Shown: piece after piece, positions 13,976-26,654 of the stretch
Numbering within the stretch: the first letter of the stretch is position 1
Layout of the letters: every line of letters begins with the position of its first letter
NCBI GenBank assembly: GCA_951406725.2
Contig: OX597814.1
Location: 175,150,001-175,214,000, forward strand
Source: Octopus vulgaris
Lineage: Eukaryota
DNA: 64,000 nucleotides
Direction of reading: 5' to 3'
Position numbers and translations under genes: made by a program
Notes under the pieces: model-generated
What the model was told of the DNA's origin: nothing
The model's input: only the letters and a program-made list of their open reading frames with translations
Database searches by the model: none

Positions 13976-14274
13976 TAATAATAATATTAGGAAATAAATC
14001 CAAACTTACAGGGAAAAATTAGATTTAGGATTAAATCCAATTTTATAGTATAAATATATTATATTAAATTAGAAATAAAACCACTATTAGGCAAATCAAA
14101 CAGTGAAAAACATAAGCCAATACATGAAATTAATTTTAAAATATAAAAGTTAAAAATTAAAAAATTATTTAAATAATTTAAACTTATAAATTTTAAATAT
14201 ATATGTATGTATTTTTTTTTTTTATATATAAATATCAAAAGTATTAAAAGTTTAATAAAAGATAAAGAGTAAAA

Positions 14275-14367
14275 CACTACGATCATTTCATGGCCGTACC
14301 AATTCGAATAACAATAATTTAAATTCAATTAATAATTCGAGTTATGGTTACAGTCAATCTTCAGGTT
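14275..14367 (-). ncRNA. Type I hammerhead ribozyme motif (slightly degenerate)
   Basis: Minus strand: aac-CUGAAGA-[u ugacuguaacc..ucgaau..auucga..gguacggcca u: long stem II]-GAAA-ugaucg-UA-gug. Stem III is a near-palindrome (acgaucgu with one CpG-type change). Confidence 0.65.
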
Positions 14368-14447
14368 AATTGAAATATTTTTAAAATAATCAGAAATATT
14401 TAAACAATACTTTTAAGATATAAATAATATAATAATTTTATTTATAT

Positions 14448-14580
14448 TAAACTCTATTATCAAACTAGAAACTTAAAACTTAACAATTATGATTGTATCA
14501 AAATCGATTATAATGTTAAATCGATTTTGATATAATCATAATTGTTAAGTTTTAAGTTTCTAGTTTGATAATAGAGTTTA
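14448..14580. repeat. Near-perfect palindrome, 62-bp arms with 9-nt spacer
   Basis: 14448-14509 is the reverse complement of 14519-14580 with one mismatch. Confidence 0.95.
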
Positions 14581-14683
14581 TTATATATATGTATGTGTAT
14601 ATGTATATATGTATGTGTATATGTATATATGTATGTGTATATGTATATATGTATGTATATATGTATGTGTATATGTATGTGTG

Positions 14684-14716
<33 letters not shown>

Positions 14717-14998
14717 GTATGTATATGTATATATATATGTATGTATATATATATATATATGTATGTATATGTATGTATATATATATATATATGTATGTAT
14801 ATGTATGTATATATATATATGTATATGTATGTATATGTATATATATATATATATATGTATGTATATGTATGTATATGTATATATATATGTATGTATATGT
14901 ATATATATATATATATGTATGTATATGTATGTATATATATATATATATGTATGTATATGTATGTATGTATATATATATTTATGTATATGTATGTATAT

Positions 14999-15029
<31 letters not shown>

Positions 15030-15062
15030 TACATATATGTGTGTATGTATATATATATATAT
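14581..15062. repeat. (TA/TATG)n microsatellite
   Basis: Directly visible. Confidence 0.95.
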
Positions 15063-15175
15063 AGTTATATAAATCAACTAGAATGAAAACCCCACTAGAA
15101 TGGGAGAAAGTGCTAATACATGATCTAAGTTATATGATATATAAAAAATGTAATATATATGATATATAAAAAATG

Positions 15176-17385
15176 AAAACAAATTGAGAAAGAGATCCTC
15201 AAACAAAACTGGCCTGAATGTCTCTTCTCGCCAGACATCGACATGAAACTTCAACAATTCATGTCTGTAATGCAAGCCATATGCTACAAATGTGTCCCAG
15301 AGAGAAAGGCCACTGTAGGAGAGAGGAAAATTCTAATGAGACGGTGTACAAAAGTTTCAAATCGCCTAAACAAACAAATTGAAAGAAGTGAAAAGTCCCG
15401 TCTGAAAATAAAACTGTTAGAAATTGAAAAATGTCTGCAACTCTCCCATGAAAAAGAAAGAGCAGACAAAGAAGCCTGGGCTATAGACAACATAAAATCT
15501 AACCCCAGAGCTTTCTACAGGTATGCCAAAGAAACAGCTACGGTGCACTGTAGGATAGGGCCACTCCTTGAAAAGGATGGCACACTCACAGGAAATCCAA
15601 TGAGGGTAAGTGAAATACTAAATGAGCAATTCAAGAGTATTTTCACTCCACCCCTAGGGCATTTTCAAGTCAGCAATCCAACTGACTTCTTTACCACAGC
15701 AGATATAAAATCAGAGGCAGCGATGATTGATTACATTAATATAAAGGAAGATGATGTAATAAAGGCTATTGATGAAATGAAAACAAACTCAGCTACTGGC
15801 CCCGATGGATTCCCAGCAATCCTTCTAAAAGTATGTAAGAGAATCCTAGCAAGACCACTGCAGTTCCTCTTTCAGAGCTTCCTTGCAAGTGGCAAACTCC
15901 CAAGAGCAGAGGCCAAGAACTACAGACCTCACACATGAGCAAGGTCATGGAACGAATAGTCAGAAGGAAACTAATCACCTTCCTTCAAGAAAATTACTTG
16001 CTGCCTGACACCCAACATGGTTTCTGACCAGGAAGAAGCTGCTTAACTCAGCTCCTACAACACTATGACTGGGTGCTGAAATGACTGCTCAACCACTCAA
16101 ATGTGGAAGTTATATATCTCGACTTTGCAAAGGCCTTTGATAAAGTCGATCATGGAATGATATGTCACAAACTGCGTGATCTTGGCATAGTTGGAAAATT
16201 GGGAGAATGGCTTCATGACTTTCTGAAGGATGGAAGTCAGGTGGTAGTAGCCAATGGGGCCACTTCCATTAACACGCAAATAGTGAGCGGTGTTCCGCAA
16301 GGCACTGTTTTGGGACCACTACTGTTCATAATGGCCTCTCAGACATGCCCTCAGCCACGCAGAGAGCCACGATCACAAGTTATGCAGATGATGCAAAAGT
16401 TTCACCGGCAATACAGAACTCTGAAGACACTATGCACCTGCAATGTGAGCTGAACAAAATATACAAGTGGGCTGAAAAGAATAGCATGCAGTTCAATGCT
16501 GAAAAGTTTCAAGTTTTATGCTATCAGCATGCAAAACTAAATGCAATACCCAATGAATACACTGGACCTGGAGGGATTGCAATCCCAGAGGCACAGTCAG
16601 TGCGAGACCTGGGTATTTACATGAGTGATGATGCACCCTTTCATGTGCATGTTGCTAAATTGGCAATGAAATGTAGGCAGCTGACCGGATGGATTCTTAG
16701 AACCTTTAGAACAAGAGACCAGGAAACCATGATGGTCCTCTGGAGGACACTTGTCCTAAGCCACTTTGACTATTGCTCTCAGCTCTGGTCACCATCCAGT
16801 GTCAAATTAATCACTGAACTTGAGGCGATCCAACGAAGCTACATGAAGAAGATAACCTCTGTGCAGCATATAAGCTATTGGGAAAGACTCAAGAGATTGA
16901 AACTCTATTCCTTAGAGCGTAGGCAAGAAAGATATGCCATAATATACATCTGGAAGATCCTAGAAGGACTTGTCCCAAACTTTGACATCGAGAGTTACAC
17001 AAATGCCAGAACTGGGCGCCTCTGCATAGTGCCAAGGACTCCAAATTTGCCATCAAGATGTAGGACAAGATACTGTGATAGCCTGGGCTTCCGAGGCCCA
17101 GAGCTCTTCAATATCCTCCCGAAGAACCTAAGAGACCTGCATGGGGTGGATGCAGATGTCTTTAAAATAAAACTGGATCTCTTCTTGTCAGGTGTCTCAG
17201 ATGAACCAACTTCACGGCAGGAGGTGCAGATGAGGGCAGCTGCATCAAACTCTCTCATGCACCAAATGGCAATTGCTAAAAAGCATTTGTGAAGTAAAAT
17301 CATGTTGCAACACCAAATGGCGGTGCCCCAGCATGGCCACAGCTTGTGAACTGAAACTAGATAAAAATAAAATAAAATAAAAAAT
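15176..17385 (+). mobile_element. 5'-truncated CR1-group non-LTR retrotransposon (RT ORF with frameshifts and stops)
   Basis: RT motifs ATGPDGFP, YLDFAKAFDKVDH, GVPQGTVLGPLLF, YADD, DLGI and YSLERRQERY across ORFs 15243-15938, 16103-16453 and 16345-17292; (TAAAA)n tail at 17362-17385. Confidence 0.93.
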
Positions 17386-17438
17386 ACAAATAAATATCTG
17401 TAAATACAAACCATCTGATTTTCTGAGTACCTCATTTC

Positions 17439-17442
<4 letters not shown>

Positions 17443-17482
<40 letters not shown>

Positions 17483-17533
17483 TATACATATATACATGCA
17501 TATACATATATACATGCATATACATATATACAT

Positions 17534-17572
<39 letters not shown>

Positions 17573-17701
17573 CATAAATACATATATATACATACATAAA
17601 TACATATATATACATACATAAATACATATATATACATATGCATACATATATATACATACATAAATACATATATATATACATATGCATACATAAATACATA
17701 T

Positions 17702-17743
<42 letters not shown>

Positions 17744-17842
17744 GTATGCATATGTATATATATATGTATTTATGTATGTATATATATGTATGCATATGTA
17801 TATATATGTATTTATGTATGTATATATATGTATTTATGTATG

Positions 17843-17877
<35 letters not shown>

Positions 17878-17967
17878 GTATATGCATGTATATGCATGTA
17901 TATGCATGTATATATGTATATGCATATATGCTTATATATATATATATGTATATGCATATATATATAT
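17443..17967. repeat. (TA/TACA/TGCA)n microsatellite with a strand switch near 17720
   Basis: C-rich units give way to G-rich units around a central (TA)n, so the tract is roughly self-complementary. Confidence 0.9.
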
Positions 17968-18244
17968 CACCGTGACCGACCAGGCTATCAGATTTTGCTA
18001 CACATCGCTGGTCACAATGCGCTAAAAGCCTTCAAATGACTCCACCCCGCTGGCTAAGCAGGCAGGCCAACAGAAGAGAGAGTGAGAGAAAGTTGTGGTG
18101 AAAGAGCACAGCAGGAATCGCCACTACCCCCTGCCGGAGCCTCGTGGAGCTTTAGGTGTTTTCGCTCAATAAACACTCACAATGCCCGGTCTAGGAATTG
18201 AAACCACGAGTCCGCTGCGCTAACCACTGGGCCATTGTGCCTCC
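17968..18244 (-). mobile_element. tRNA-derived SINE family C (core 1 plus tail C)
   Basis: Minus strand starts ggaggcacaatggcccagtggttag (A box), then gtttcaattcc (B box); shares its core with 23092. Confidence 0.85.
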
Positions 18245-18346
18245 TATATATATATATATGTATATATGCATATATATATATGCATATATATATATATGTA
18301 TATGCATATATATATATATGTATATATATATGATATATGTATATGC

Positions 18347-18397
<51 letters not shown>

Positions 18398-18496
18398 CGA
18401 CTTAATTCCTTTGTTTGTCCCCTCTATGTTTAGTCCCTTGTGGGTAGTAAATAAATATATATATATAAATATACATACATACATATATGAATATAC

Positions 18497-18800
18497 TATC
18501 TGTTGGACCCAGTGTTGCTCATGTTTTCCATGTTGAAGTTAAGCCCACCTCTGACCTTGTATTGAATAAGCATTTCCTTAGAGACCATTCTATCGATTTT
18601 GTTGAAATCAATGCCAACTGAGCATTATCGTGCTTTCAAAAAATTCCGGCCTTATTTGAACTTCAGGACATGTAATCTATCTATGTGTCAAAAATCATTA
18701 AAATCAGTTGGACGGTGTAGTAGGAGTTAGACTAACCTCAAACACACAGACAGACAGAGAGACAGACAGATACCATTACACATTTATGCATATATATATA
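18497..18800. mobile_element. Probable non-autonomous Helitron-like (Lep1-type) element
   Basis: Start actatctgttggacccagtgttgctc, subterminal aaaatcagttggacggtgtagtaggagtt, and (ACAG)n before a TA-rich end. This architecture is recalled for Lep1/HINE-type elements. Confidence 0.45.
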
Positions 18801-19284
18801 TAAACATGACTATCCTGTGTCATACAAAAAATGATGGGATGGTCATGCCTGGAACACTTTGATCATTATGTCAGTGTTAGAAATGAATGCTAATTACTCC
18901 ATAACATTATAAATAAATAAAATAAATATTTTAAAAACATGTAGTATCAATATTAATTATTCCATGGATGTAGAGTTTTTCATACATTACAACTTGAGAG
19001 CCAGTTAAGTAAAAGAGTGTGATGCTGAATGTAGAGTAAATATTAGCTTTATTCAACCAAAATTGCAGCTTTATTTAAAACCTGGTTATTGATTTTTAAC
19101 TTTGACACTGGGCCATAAATTTGTTGGAAAGTGAATAATCAATTGAATTAACTCCACATGGATGGAAACAACTCAATTGAGATGGGATTTGAAACCAGAA
19201 CACAACAAAGAGATGCATTGTAAGTGCTGCAAAGTATTTAGTTTTTTCATTTTAGCATTTCTGATACCCTACAATTCTGTTAGT

Positions 19285-19533
19285 GGAGGTGCGTGGCTTA
19301 GTGGTTAGGGTATCAGCATCATGATCGTAAGAGTGTGGTTTTGATTCCTGGACCAGGCAACGCGTTGTGTTCTTGAGCAAAACACTTCATTTCACATTGC
19401 TCCAGTCCACTCAGCTGGCAAAAATGAGTAACACTGCGATGGACTGGCGTCCTGTCCAGCTGGGGAACACATACACCATTGAAACCGAGAAACCGGGCCC
19501 ATGAGCCTGGATAGGCTTTAAAAGGGTGCATTT
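19285..19533 (+). mobile_element. SINE family C (core 2 plus tail B)
   Basis: tRNA-like head ggaggtgcgtggcttagtggttag; tail ctgcgatggactggcgtcctgtccag shared with 23092. Confidence 0.85.
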
Positions 19534-20449
19534 ATTTTTTATTATTACAATTCTGTTATAAAGCTAGTGAGTGAACTGAAAGGTATTCATTTGATTTACT
19601 GGAAATACTAGCTAAATCCTACTCAAATCACATTCTACTGTTCTAAAAAGTGGACACTGGAAATATGTTCCCTGGGTACACTCTCTGTCAAAAATGTAAG
19701 GATGGTAATGATTAGAATACCTTTGGATATAAGTCTACTCAGGTTCAACTGGGCCTAAACAACAACAATATCAAAAGCAAAAGACAAATTATCAGTTTTC
19801 ATGTTCATACTAGAAGACAAATTTGTTAGAGATGGAGGAAAAGATGTTAAATCCAAGAATTCTTTCTCATTTGAAGGTATTAAGCCTTAGTGTGTTTCAA
19901 AAAAACAAGACATAGGGAACTATTATTGACTATTAAGTAAATGAATACATGTAGAGTTATATAAGTGTTCTGATGAGAAACAAATTTTTTTGTTGGCTTT
20001 GCTAATAGACTCAAAATGTATGGCTCTTTCGAGGGCAAACCACCACCGGTTATGTCCACATGACAAAACAAAATAAACAGACACTAAAAGATAATTTCAA
20101 GGATGATAATGACGGTGGTGGTGGTGGTGGTGGTAATGATGATGATAGGTAAGATATCATTTTATTAATACATTATGGATATGTGATGTAAATGAATGGC
20201 ATATAAATAGTCATCTGAAGTCTGTGAAGAATAACTGCTACAGAAGAAGACACTGGAAGAAGTTTCTAGATTTTGGGCCTTACAAGCCAGATTGCATTCC
20301 AATTTAACATAACCAAATGGTCCTTGTATCCATTTGGGAGAGTTTATTCTATTGACCTGACATTCAACTTCACCTCACCATTTCGTTTCTCTCAAATATA
20401 ATATAATGGCATGCCCATTCTCTTTGATTAGAGAAATTTAATAAAAGTA

Positions 20450-21060
20450 TCAATGTCAAAGTTAGGGATGGGGTAGTATATCTGAGTGTGAAAAAAAAAT
20501 GGTAAGAGGATAAAATATATTATTGCATTTTAGGTTTTAAATTATTATAATTGAGATTGCATTGTGTTCAAGTAACAATAGTCTATGTAAAAATAAACCC
20601 TTTGCTATTAAGTCATGATCAAGAATCATGCAATATTTCAATTTTAATCTAATAATGCAGAATATTCTATAAGAACATATTTACTGTAACGAGCTTCTGG
20701 TCATTTGGTTTAAGGCTTGAGATATGTGAGCCTTCACTGGAGTTTGTGTGGGGAACCAGATTACTGTATTAAAAGATTGTTGGTTTTATTAAGAAGCTCA
20801 CCTGTAATTCATACAGTATTTCCCTAAAATATTATTTTTATGACTGAATATTCTTCCTAATAACAAATTATTGTATGATAACACATGGCTGTTATACTTC
20901 TACTTCAGCTAATAATTTCTATAATGAATAATTTTCTGTGCCTATGGATACAATTAAATGTTGGTAGCTAGGTTTAAACCTTTGATATAAACAAAGTATC
21001 CAGCAGAGTCTCTGATGTTATCATCTCTTCTATCTTTCATAATTATTTGGTAAATATTTC
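20450..21060 (-). pseudogene. Highly decayed non-LTR RT fragment
   Basis: Minus-strand pieces NKTNNLLIQ*SG, SALLD and LDHDLIAK resemble RT subdomains 2-3. Confidence 0.35.
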
Positions 21061-21459
21061 AGGAATTCCCTGTTTCATGTAGAGAGTAGATTTTAAAGGT
21101 AGCAGATAACATAAAAAATTTGTTGGGAGGGAATAGTCAATTATATTAACCACCAGCATTTGAGATAAATTAGCAAAAGAAACACACAAAAAAACGTAGG
21201 TTTCCCTACACAGTTCAAAATGTTTTCCTTTTACAAGGAATATACATTCAAATCCCACCCCCGTCAGGAGGGAGGTAGAGCTCAAAGAAACCTGAAACAG
21301 CTTTATTTGAACTTAGAAAGTAAAAGGATGTAGCTAAATACTAAAAGTATTTTTTTGGTGATAGTCTTACAATTCTTCCAATCCCCCATCCTTAGTTCAA
21401 TGATAATAATTTAAGTTCAATTTATACACACACATGTATATATATATATATATATCTTA

Positions 21460-21712
21460 AAACCAAGGTGCTACATAAAAGCATTGATGTAAGTGAGTGC
21501 TGGTTCCACATAAAAAGCACTGGTGATAGTGCCACATAAAAAGCATCAAGTAACTCTGTGGAGTAGTTGGTATTAGGAAGGGCATCCAGCCATAGAAACC
21601 AAGCCAAAACAGACTATGGAACCTGGTGCAGCTTGTGACCTTACCAGTTCCTGTCAAACCATCCAATCCATGCCTGCATGGATAATGGACATTAAATGAT
21701 GATGATGATGAC
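21460..21712 (+). mobile_element. RTE 3'-UTR/tail fragment (a second copy follows at 21735-21872)
   Basis: ttggtattaggaagggcatccagcc...catccaatccatgc...ttaaatgatgatgatg; the same unit terminates RTE ORF fragments elsewhere in the window. Confidence 0.7.
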
Positions 21713-21887
21713 AATGGTGATATACACACACATGCCCAGTACATGTTGTAAGGACATTGGCATTAGGAAGAGCATCCAGTCATAGAAACCATACCAAAGC
21801 AAACATTGGAACATGATGGGGTCCTTGATCCCATTGGATCCTCTTAAACCATCCAACCCATGCCAACATGAAGGTGATACATATATA

Positions 21888-22504
21888 CAGTGTGTTTGGG
21901 TTAAATTTGATAATTTTTTATGTCCCATTTTTTCTAAAAAAGCTTGATATATTGGTGAACAGTCAATGCCACAGGTGAGCATAAAGATTAAAGATGTAGC
22001 TGAGAAAAAGTTAGTTGACATGCAGGGATGGAACATTGGAAAATATTTACCTGTATCATGATGATTTGCACTGTGTATCAAAATGCTGACATCATAATTG
22101 CTGCCGAGTACTCTGTGAACACTGTAAAGGCTGTATGACATGACATGGACATCATGAAAACCAAGTTTCCCAAGACTGTGATGGTCTTTAGGTGTGTCTC
22201 CAGTGAAGGTGACATCATGCTATCCCATGTGGGGCATAATTGAGAAAGACATCAACCACTCTGCTTACAACATCAAGACCAAGCAGGCAGCCAAGATTAA
22301 GGTGCTTGAACGCAGTGAAAAATGCATGTGCCAGATTCTGGAGCCATCTTAAGACTGAGATGGAAGCTGAGGGAGGCTGCTTTGAGTAACCTGTTATTGC
22401 CACAACATAATTTAGCTGATATTTTTTGATTTTTAAAAGTACTTTTATTTTTGATGAGATATTGTATTTTCTTTTCCTTTGATACTGACTGTCAAATTTA
22501 GCCC

Positions 22505-22514
<10 letters not shown>
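21888..22514 (+). mobile_element. Internally deleted Tc1/mariner-superfamily (DD37D/maT-like) transposon
   Basis: TIRs cagtgtgtttgggttaaatttga / tcaaatttagcccaaatactctg after a TA. Coding remnants MKTKFPKTVMVL..SSEGDIM and ACARFWSHLKTEMEAEGGCFE*. Confidence 0.8.
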
Positions 22515-22554
<40 letters not shown>

Positions 22555-23091
22555 GTATGTACACACACATATACATTATTAGCATACCATTAACAATATA
22601 ATTTAATTTTTTTTCACATAGATTTGATTTTAATGAGTTTATTCTGTTGTTGGGTTAGTAAAAGAATAGTAACTTTTTCATCAGTAAGAATGGCAAGCTT
22701 GTCTAGTTACTTCCAACACTTTTGCTGTACCTTTCTTAGTATAGTTGCTTTTGCTTAGCCCCAGCTTATCTCTGATTAATTAGACCTATGGTCAAAGGCA
22801 GTCCATCCATGAGTATTTATCCTTTTCCCCAGACACAGTGTTTTCAGGACCACATTATCCTATGTGCTTTTCTTTTCTAAGACAGTAGGGTATGCGTTGA
22901 GGGAGTTTTTGCTGATATTTCAAGTAAATCAAGTAGCCATGTAAAGGGTTATTTCGTTGGCTTGTTACTGTCATAGTAATCATGTACCCAGTAAATTTAC
23001 TTTAAGCACTAATATGGCATTGGTATACACTGACACCTGATCAGATTCACCAATTAACAGGTTTTTTAAAATTCTTTATGAACTGTTGTGT

Positions 23092-23405
23092 GGAGGTGCA
23101 ATGGCCTAGTGGTTAGGGTAGTGGACTCACGGTCGGAGGATTGCGGTTTCGATTCCCAGTTTGTTGTGTGTGTTTATTGAGCGAAAACACCTAAAGCTCC
23201 ACGAGGCTCTGGCAGGGGGTGGGGGGTGGCAACCCCTGTTGTACTCTTTCGCTCCAACTTTCTCTCACTCTTTCTTCCTGTTTCTGGAGTAACACTGCAA
23301 TGGACTGGCATCCCGTCCAGCTGGGGGGAACACATATGCCACAGAAACTGGGAAACCACGTCCATGAACCTGGCTAAGCTTGAAAAGGGCGCATAAATAA
23401 ATAAA
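23092..23405 (+). mobile_element. SINE family C (core 1 plus tail B)
   Basis: A/B-box head; core shared with 17968 and tail shared with 19285; (TAAA)n end. Confidence 0.85.
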
Positions 23406-23524
23406 TGAACTGCTGTACACAAAAAAATACTTCATCAGCAGAAATTAAGCAAAAAGAGAAGTTCGTTATAAAGCTACCACAGTTGGGATTCATAAATAGT
23501 TCATCCTCTCTTCTACTCCTTTAA

Positions 23525-23947
23525 CCCTTTAGCATTTAAACCAGCCACACCCAGCCCAAATATCCTACTGTTTTATGTTCAGACTAGCCAAATTTGGCTT
23601 CTCACACATGTACAATCCCTTCTCTCTCTCTCTCAGAGAGGCACAAGCACCTACACACACATATACACACACAGCAGTAACCTCCACCTACCAAATTCAA
23701 TCACAAAGCTTCAGTCGACTCGGAGCTATAGCAGAAGACACTTGCCCAAAGTGCCACACAGTGGGACTGAACCCAAAACCATGTAGCTAGGAAGCAAGCT
23801 CCCTAACCATACAGGCATGCTCACCCCTACTATGTCTTTGTAAAAATAAGTAATCACATCATTGAAATCTCAAAGCTTAGAAATTTCAAAGATTGAGATA
23901 ATTCAAATAAGAATTACATTTGACAGAATAATCTGAATGCTTTAGGG
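23525..23947. mobile_element. piggyBac-type MITE with a nested SINE A 5' fragment (~23680-23828, minus)
   Basis: TTAA at 23521-24 and 23948-51; ccctttagcatt TIR. Confidence 0.85.
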
Positions 23948-24334
23948 TTAAACTTATACCTACTTACCTACCTACACAATCTTCTCATACTTCCACAAAA
24001 TATACATGCATATGCATATGGGATCACAGTCATGTCTTAGACTTTTAACTAAACAACTGCACAATTAACTGCAAACCTACACCAACTTCTTTGAAATCTG
24101 GCTTCAAACAAGTAGACAAAATAGAGCTGTCACCAAATCTGTCTCCATTCTAACAGTGGTACTATAGATCAAATACTGCTGACTATCACACTCAAACAAC
24201 AAAAAACATAGTGTATGTGTGAGTGAGTGTGTTACTGTCTCTATCTTGACATCATGGGAAAACTGTAACGTAGGCAGTGTTTTTTTTTTCCAATTTTTCA
24301 TGAAAACATATCTGGTCATCAAAGAATATTACTT

Positions 24335-24575
24335 TACTTGGAAACAGGTAAGGGCTGGAAATAGGAAGGGTATCCAACTGTAGAAAATCTAAAAAATTTG
24401 GACAACCCCATGAGCATAGATAAGCGGATGTTAAACAATGATGATGGTGGTAGTAATGGTGGTGGTGGTGGTGGTGGTGATGGTGACGACGATGATGATG
24501 GCGATGATGATGATAATGATGGCAATGGCAGTGGCAGTGATGGTTATGGTGATGATGTTGATGATAATGATGATG
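24335..24575 (+). repeat. RTE tail expanded into a (GAT/GGT)n microsatellite
   Basis: aggaagggtatccaactgtag...ggatgttaaacaatgatgatggtgg... Confidence 0.75.
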
Positions 24576-25309
24576 CTGTCAGATTATTCCACATTTAGTA
24601 TAATCCAAATTTGGGCCCCATTTCTGACATTCTTGCTGGTCTGTAAGAATTTTCTAATAGATTAATACTTAAAATTATCTAATTCAAAAATTTTCATTAG
24701 AATATTATTTTATGTTTCCCTTTCAAGAAATTTAAGAAATGAAGTAACCAAAATTTGTGTTCTGTTTTTTTCCCTCTACATATGTTTTTTAACTAAGAGA
24801 AGCAAATGACTAAAAAATGAGAGAGGGGAGGAAAAGCTCAGAGAGAGAGAGGTAGGATTTGGTTTCTGTCAGTTTGAAGGACAGCAATAAAATTAATTCC
24901 CATAGTCACTTAGAAAACAGGATAACCCTGTATGTGTGTAAGTATTTATGTATATATACATATAAGTGTGTATGTAAACATGTACATAAGCATGTATGCA
25001 TATAAGTAACTTAAGTGTGTACATATGTAAATTAAATGGGGATGCAACCACAAAGGAGATATGAAAGAGAATCTACAGTAATTATAAGATTGGAATCAAA
25101 TCAATGTCTCATTGCTAATGTTATAGTGCATTAACCACTATGCTAGTTCCACTGACCTAAATTCAACAGCTAAGCAAACCATCTTTTGCTTACGTATTCA
25201 AGTACACCATTTTAACCATTTGGCTAAAATAACTGACTGATGCTACTACATTTGATAAGGTGGTATGATTCTTATAAGAAACAAATAGAAAAGGGTGTTT
25301 TGGGCAGCA

Positions 25310-25463
25310 GGCATGGCTGTGTGGTTAAGAAGGTCACTTTGCAACCATGTGGTTTGACGTCTGGTCCCATTGCACAACTTGTGGCAAGTGTCTTCGACAA
25401 TAGCCCTGAGCTGACCAGTGCCTTGTGAGTGAATTTGTTGACCAAAAACTATGTAGAAAGGTG

Positions 25464-25505
<42 letters not shown>

Positions 25506-25695
25506 ATGTGCGCGCGCGCGTGTGTGTGTATGTGTGTGTGTGTGTGTGTGTTTGTGTATGTGTCTTGATGGTTGTCTCCCATCACTGCTTGATAACTGTT
25601 GTTGCTTTGCCTACAAGCCCATAACTTTGTAGTTCAGCAAAAGATACTGATAGTATAAGTACCAAATTTTTTAAAAAATAGGTACTGGGGTTGAT
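25310..25695 (+). mobile_element. SINE family A, diverged, with a long (TG)n
   Basis: Colinear with the family A copies. Confidence 0.75.
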
Positions 25696-25696
25696 T

Positions 25697-26591
25697 GTTA
25701 CCTAGGGGACCCAATTAGCAGTGGATGGGAGGATATACAGAGAGTGCAGTTGCTAGAATAAGAATAGGATGGAGAAAATCCAGAGAGCTTTTACCTCAGT
25801 TGGCAACCATAGGTCACTCTCTCCAAGTGAAAGGAAGATTGTATGATGTGTGTGTATGAACAGCAATGCTACATGGTAATGAGACATGGGCTCTGAATGC
25901 AGAGGAGATGCAAAGACTAGAAAGGAATGAGGATAGTATGCTCCACTGGATGTGCAATATCAGTGTACATGTGCAACAGAGTGTTAGAGTATTGAAAGAA
26001 AAGTTAAAGGAGTGACTGTGTGGTAAGTAGCTTGCTTACCAACCACATGGTTCCGGGTTCAGTTCCACTGCGTGGCATTTTGGGCAAGTGTCTTCTGCTA
26101 TAGCCCCGGGCCGACCATTGCCTTGTGAGTGGATTTGGTAGACGGAAACTGAAAGAAGCCTGTCGTATATATGTATATATATGTGTATGTGTGTGTGTGT
26201 ATATGTTTGTGTGTCTGTGTTTGTCCCCCCACCATCACTTGACAACCGATGCTGGTGTGTTTACGTCCCCGTCACTTAGCAGTTCGGCAAAAGAGACCGA
26301 TAGAATAAGTACTGGGCTTACAAAGAATAAGTCCCGGGGTCGATTTGCTCGACTAAAGGCGGTGCTCCAGCATGGCCGCAGTCAAATGACTGAAACAAGT
26401 AAAAGAGTAAAAGAGTAATAGGCGTAGGAGTGGCTGTGTGGTAAGTAGCTTGCTTATCAACCACATGGTTCTGGGTTCAGTCCCACTGCATGGCACCTTG
26501 GGCAAGTGTCTTCTACTATAACCTCGGGTCAACCAAAGCCTTGTGAGTGGATTTGGTAGACAGAAACTGAAAGAAGCCCGTTGTATATATG

Positions 26592-26654
<63 letters not shown>

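Larger units (their letters stand above)
13976..14580 (-). mobile_element. Non-coding Penelope-/retrozyme-like element with hammerhead motif and terminal palindrome, embedded in (TA)n
   Basis: Extremely AT-rich, with no credible ORF. Contains the hammerhead core (14275-14367) and a 62-bp-arm inverted repeat (14448-14580). TA microsatellite lies on both sides. Confidence 0.6.

Noticed and set aside
13668-18536. Many long Y/I/M/V/C/H/T-rich ORFs
   Set aside because: They are translations of stop-free TA/TG microsatellites, not genes.
19285-19355. tRNA gene
   Set aside because: A and B boxes are present but continue into a SINE body without a proper cloverleaf; the same holds for the other SINE heads.
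20690-20825. Minus-strand mini-exon pair (EILYELQ / NLVPHTNSSEG)
   Set aside because: The implied intron is only 38 nt; the region is better explained as a decayed RT.
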